Source of the DNA: Sphaerochaetaceae bacterium
Lineage (GTDB): Bacteria; Spirochaetota; Spirochaetia; Sphaerochaetales; Sphaerochaetaceae
Length of the DNA: 64,000 bases
Direction: 5' to 3'
Assembly: GCA_024699225.1 (NCBI GenBank)
Contig: JAILPZ010000046.1
Coordinates: 1,661 to 65,660 of the forward strand
A program made the translations under genes and the position numbers. The notes under the pieces are model-generated. The model was not told the DNA's origin, searched no databases, and was given only the letters and a program-made list of their open reading frames with translations. The first letter of the stretch is position 1; each line of letters begins with the position of its first letter. This document shows positions 63,150 through 64,000 of the stretch, piece by piece.

Positions 63150-64000
63150 TTATTTCCTGTTTGCTTCGGCAAAGATGGCCTTCATGTCTTCATGCTCGAG
63201 AACCATGAAATCTCCTAAAGTCCTCTGACCGTTCCAGCTGGTTTTTGCAGCCAGCTTATCAATATCAGAATCACTTAAGTTCAGTCCAAGTCCGTGCAAT
63301 CCGATAGGCATGCCAAAGCTCTTAAACACGTCTTCAAAAGCTTCAATTGTCTTTTCACAGGCCTCAACTTCAGAAGAACATTTGATTCCGAACAGGCTCT
63401 TTCCAAGATATGCAAATCTTCCATAATCAACATGTGCAACATGGCGTGCCCAGCTGCCCCATATGGCCGTCAGTCCGGCTCCATGAGCTACGTCATACAA
63501 AGCAGATACTTCATGCTCCATTTTGTGACAGCTCCAGTCTCCACCGGTGGAGTTTCCGGCAGCAGTAAAGCCATTGTGTGAAACAGAGCCTGCCCACATG
63601 ATGGCAGCTCTTGCATCATAATCATCAGGGTTCTTCAGGGCTTTCAGGGTGTTCTTCCAGACACTCTTTAAAAGAGTTACTGCATTCTCATCTGTGAACT
63701 CAAAACACTCACCGCTGTGGAAAAACCTCTCAAGTGTGTGCATCATTATATCTGCACTTCCGCTTCCGGTCTGGAAAGCAGAAACAGAACATGTTAATGC
63801 CGGATTCATGAATGCAAAGCGCGGTCTTCCCAGGTCAGAATTACAACCGACCTTGTCGTTTGGAGTAACCTCATCATTTGTAATAACTGATGAGTCACTC
63901 ATTTCACTTCCTGTAGCAGAAAGTGTTAAAACTACAGCAAGAGGAGCAATGGAAGAAGGCTTAGCATTGCCGCTGTAGAAATCCCATACGTCTCCGTTAT
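63150..64000 (-). CDS. iron-containing alcohol dehydrogenase (butanol dehydrogenase/YqhD-like), C-terminal part (5' end beyond the window)
   Basis: The reading frame stays open upstream of the track Met. Manual translation of 63903-64000 gives ..NGDVWDFYSGNAKPSSIAPLAVVLTLSATGSE, continuing into MSDSSVITN. Fe-ADH His blocks are HTLERFF and HKMEHEVSALYDVAHGAGL. Confidence 0.85.
   Translation of the reverse strand, partial: NGDVWDFYSGNAKPSSIAPLAVVLTLSATGSEMSDSSVITNDEVTPNDKVGCNSDLGRPRFAFMNPALTCSVSAFQTGSGSADIMMHTLERFFHSGECFEFTDENAVTLLKSVWKNTLKALKNPDDYDARAAIMWAGSVSHNGFTAAGNSTGGDWSCHKMEHEVSALYDVAHGAGLTAIWGSWARHVAHVDYGRFAYLGKSLFGIKCSSEVEACEKTIEAFEDVFKSFGMPIGLHGLGLNLSDSDIDKLAAKTSWNGQRTLGDFMVLEHEDMKAIFAEANRK

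Overview
Gene-dense chromosomal window with about 58 protein genes (mostly on the minus strand) and one tRNA. It comes from a moderately AT-rich, apparently anaerobic and saccharolytic bacterium. The gene set (lipoprotein OppA with enlarged OppB/OppD, split transketolase, pectin/hexuronate genes, rhomboid, HtpG) resembles host-associated Treponema-like spirochaetes, but that is a guess I cannot verify without a search. Gene order from left to right: psuG-psuK-deoD nucleoside salvage; ALDH and SDR; a macro-HTH / vWA / ADP-ribosylglycohydrolase cassette; a secreted beta-helix protein; ndk; AKR-FeS; GNAT; CMP-kinase-like; DUF1893; a 7-gene opp operon; galE; esterase; lspA; Nif3; Lon-like protease; aspS; rsmI; trmH-like; split transketolase; proS; add; rhomboid; rlmE; htpG; ROK regulator; mscL-bioY; punA-bioM-bioN. 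Then comes a pectin/galacturonate locus (Gfo/Idh/MocA, GH105-GH28 fusion, a 1045-aa PBP/HK-like/REC-like/AraC regulator, kdgK-eda-uxaC-uxaE), followed by deoC, yigZ, tRNA-Ser(CGA), a YitT-like gene and a partial Fe-ADH. I saw no rRNA, CRISPR, transposase, integrase or prophage genes. Many ORF-track starts are TTG/GTG extensions; I re-set starts where an ATG with an SD or a promoter was visible. Most noteworthy: (1) an insulated macro-HTH/vWA/ARH operon with no ADP-ribosyltransferase nearby. (2) A perfect sigma-54 -24/-12 element followed by a strong terminator and no ORF, giving a candidate ~90-nt sRNA with a CCUCC motif. (3) Seven genes with a -10 hexamer exactly 6 nt upstream of the ATG and no SD, suggesting leaderless mRNAs. 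(4) A 36-37-nt AT-rich inverted-repeat element present as tandem pairs at two loci. (5) Atypical Opp components (apparently permuted OppA, enlarged OppB, ~250-aa insert in OppD), an esterase with Cys/Asn substitutions in its triad, and a regulator with a His-less HK-like core.
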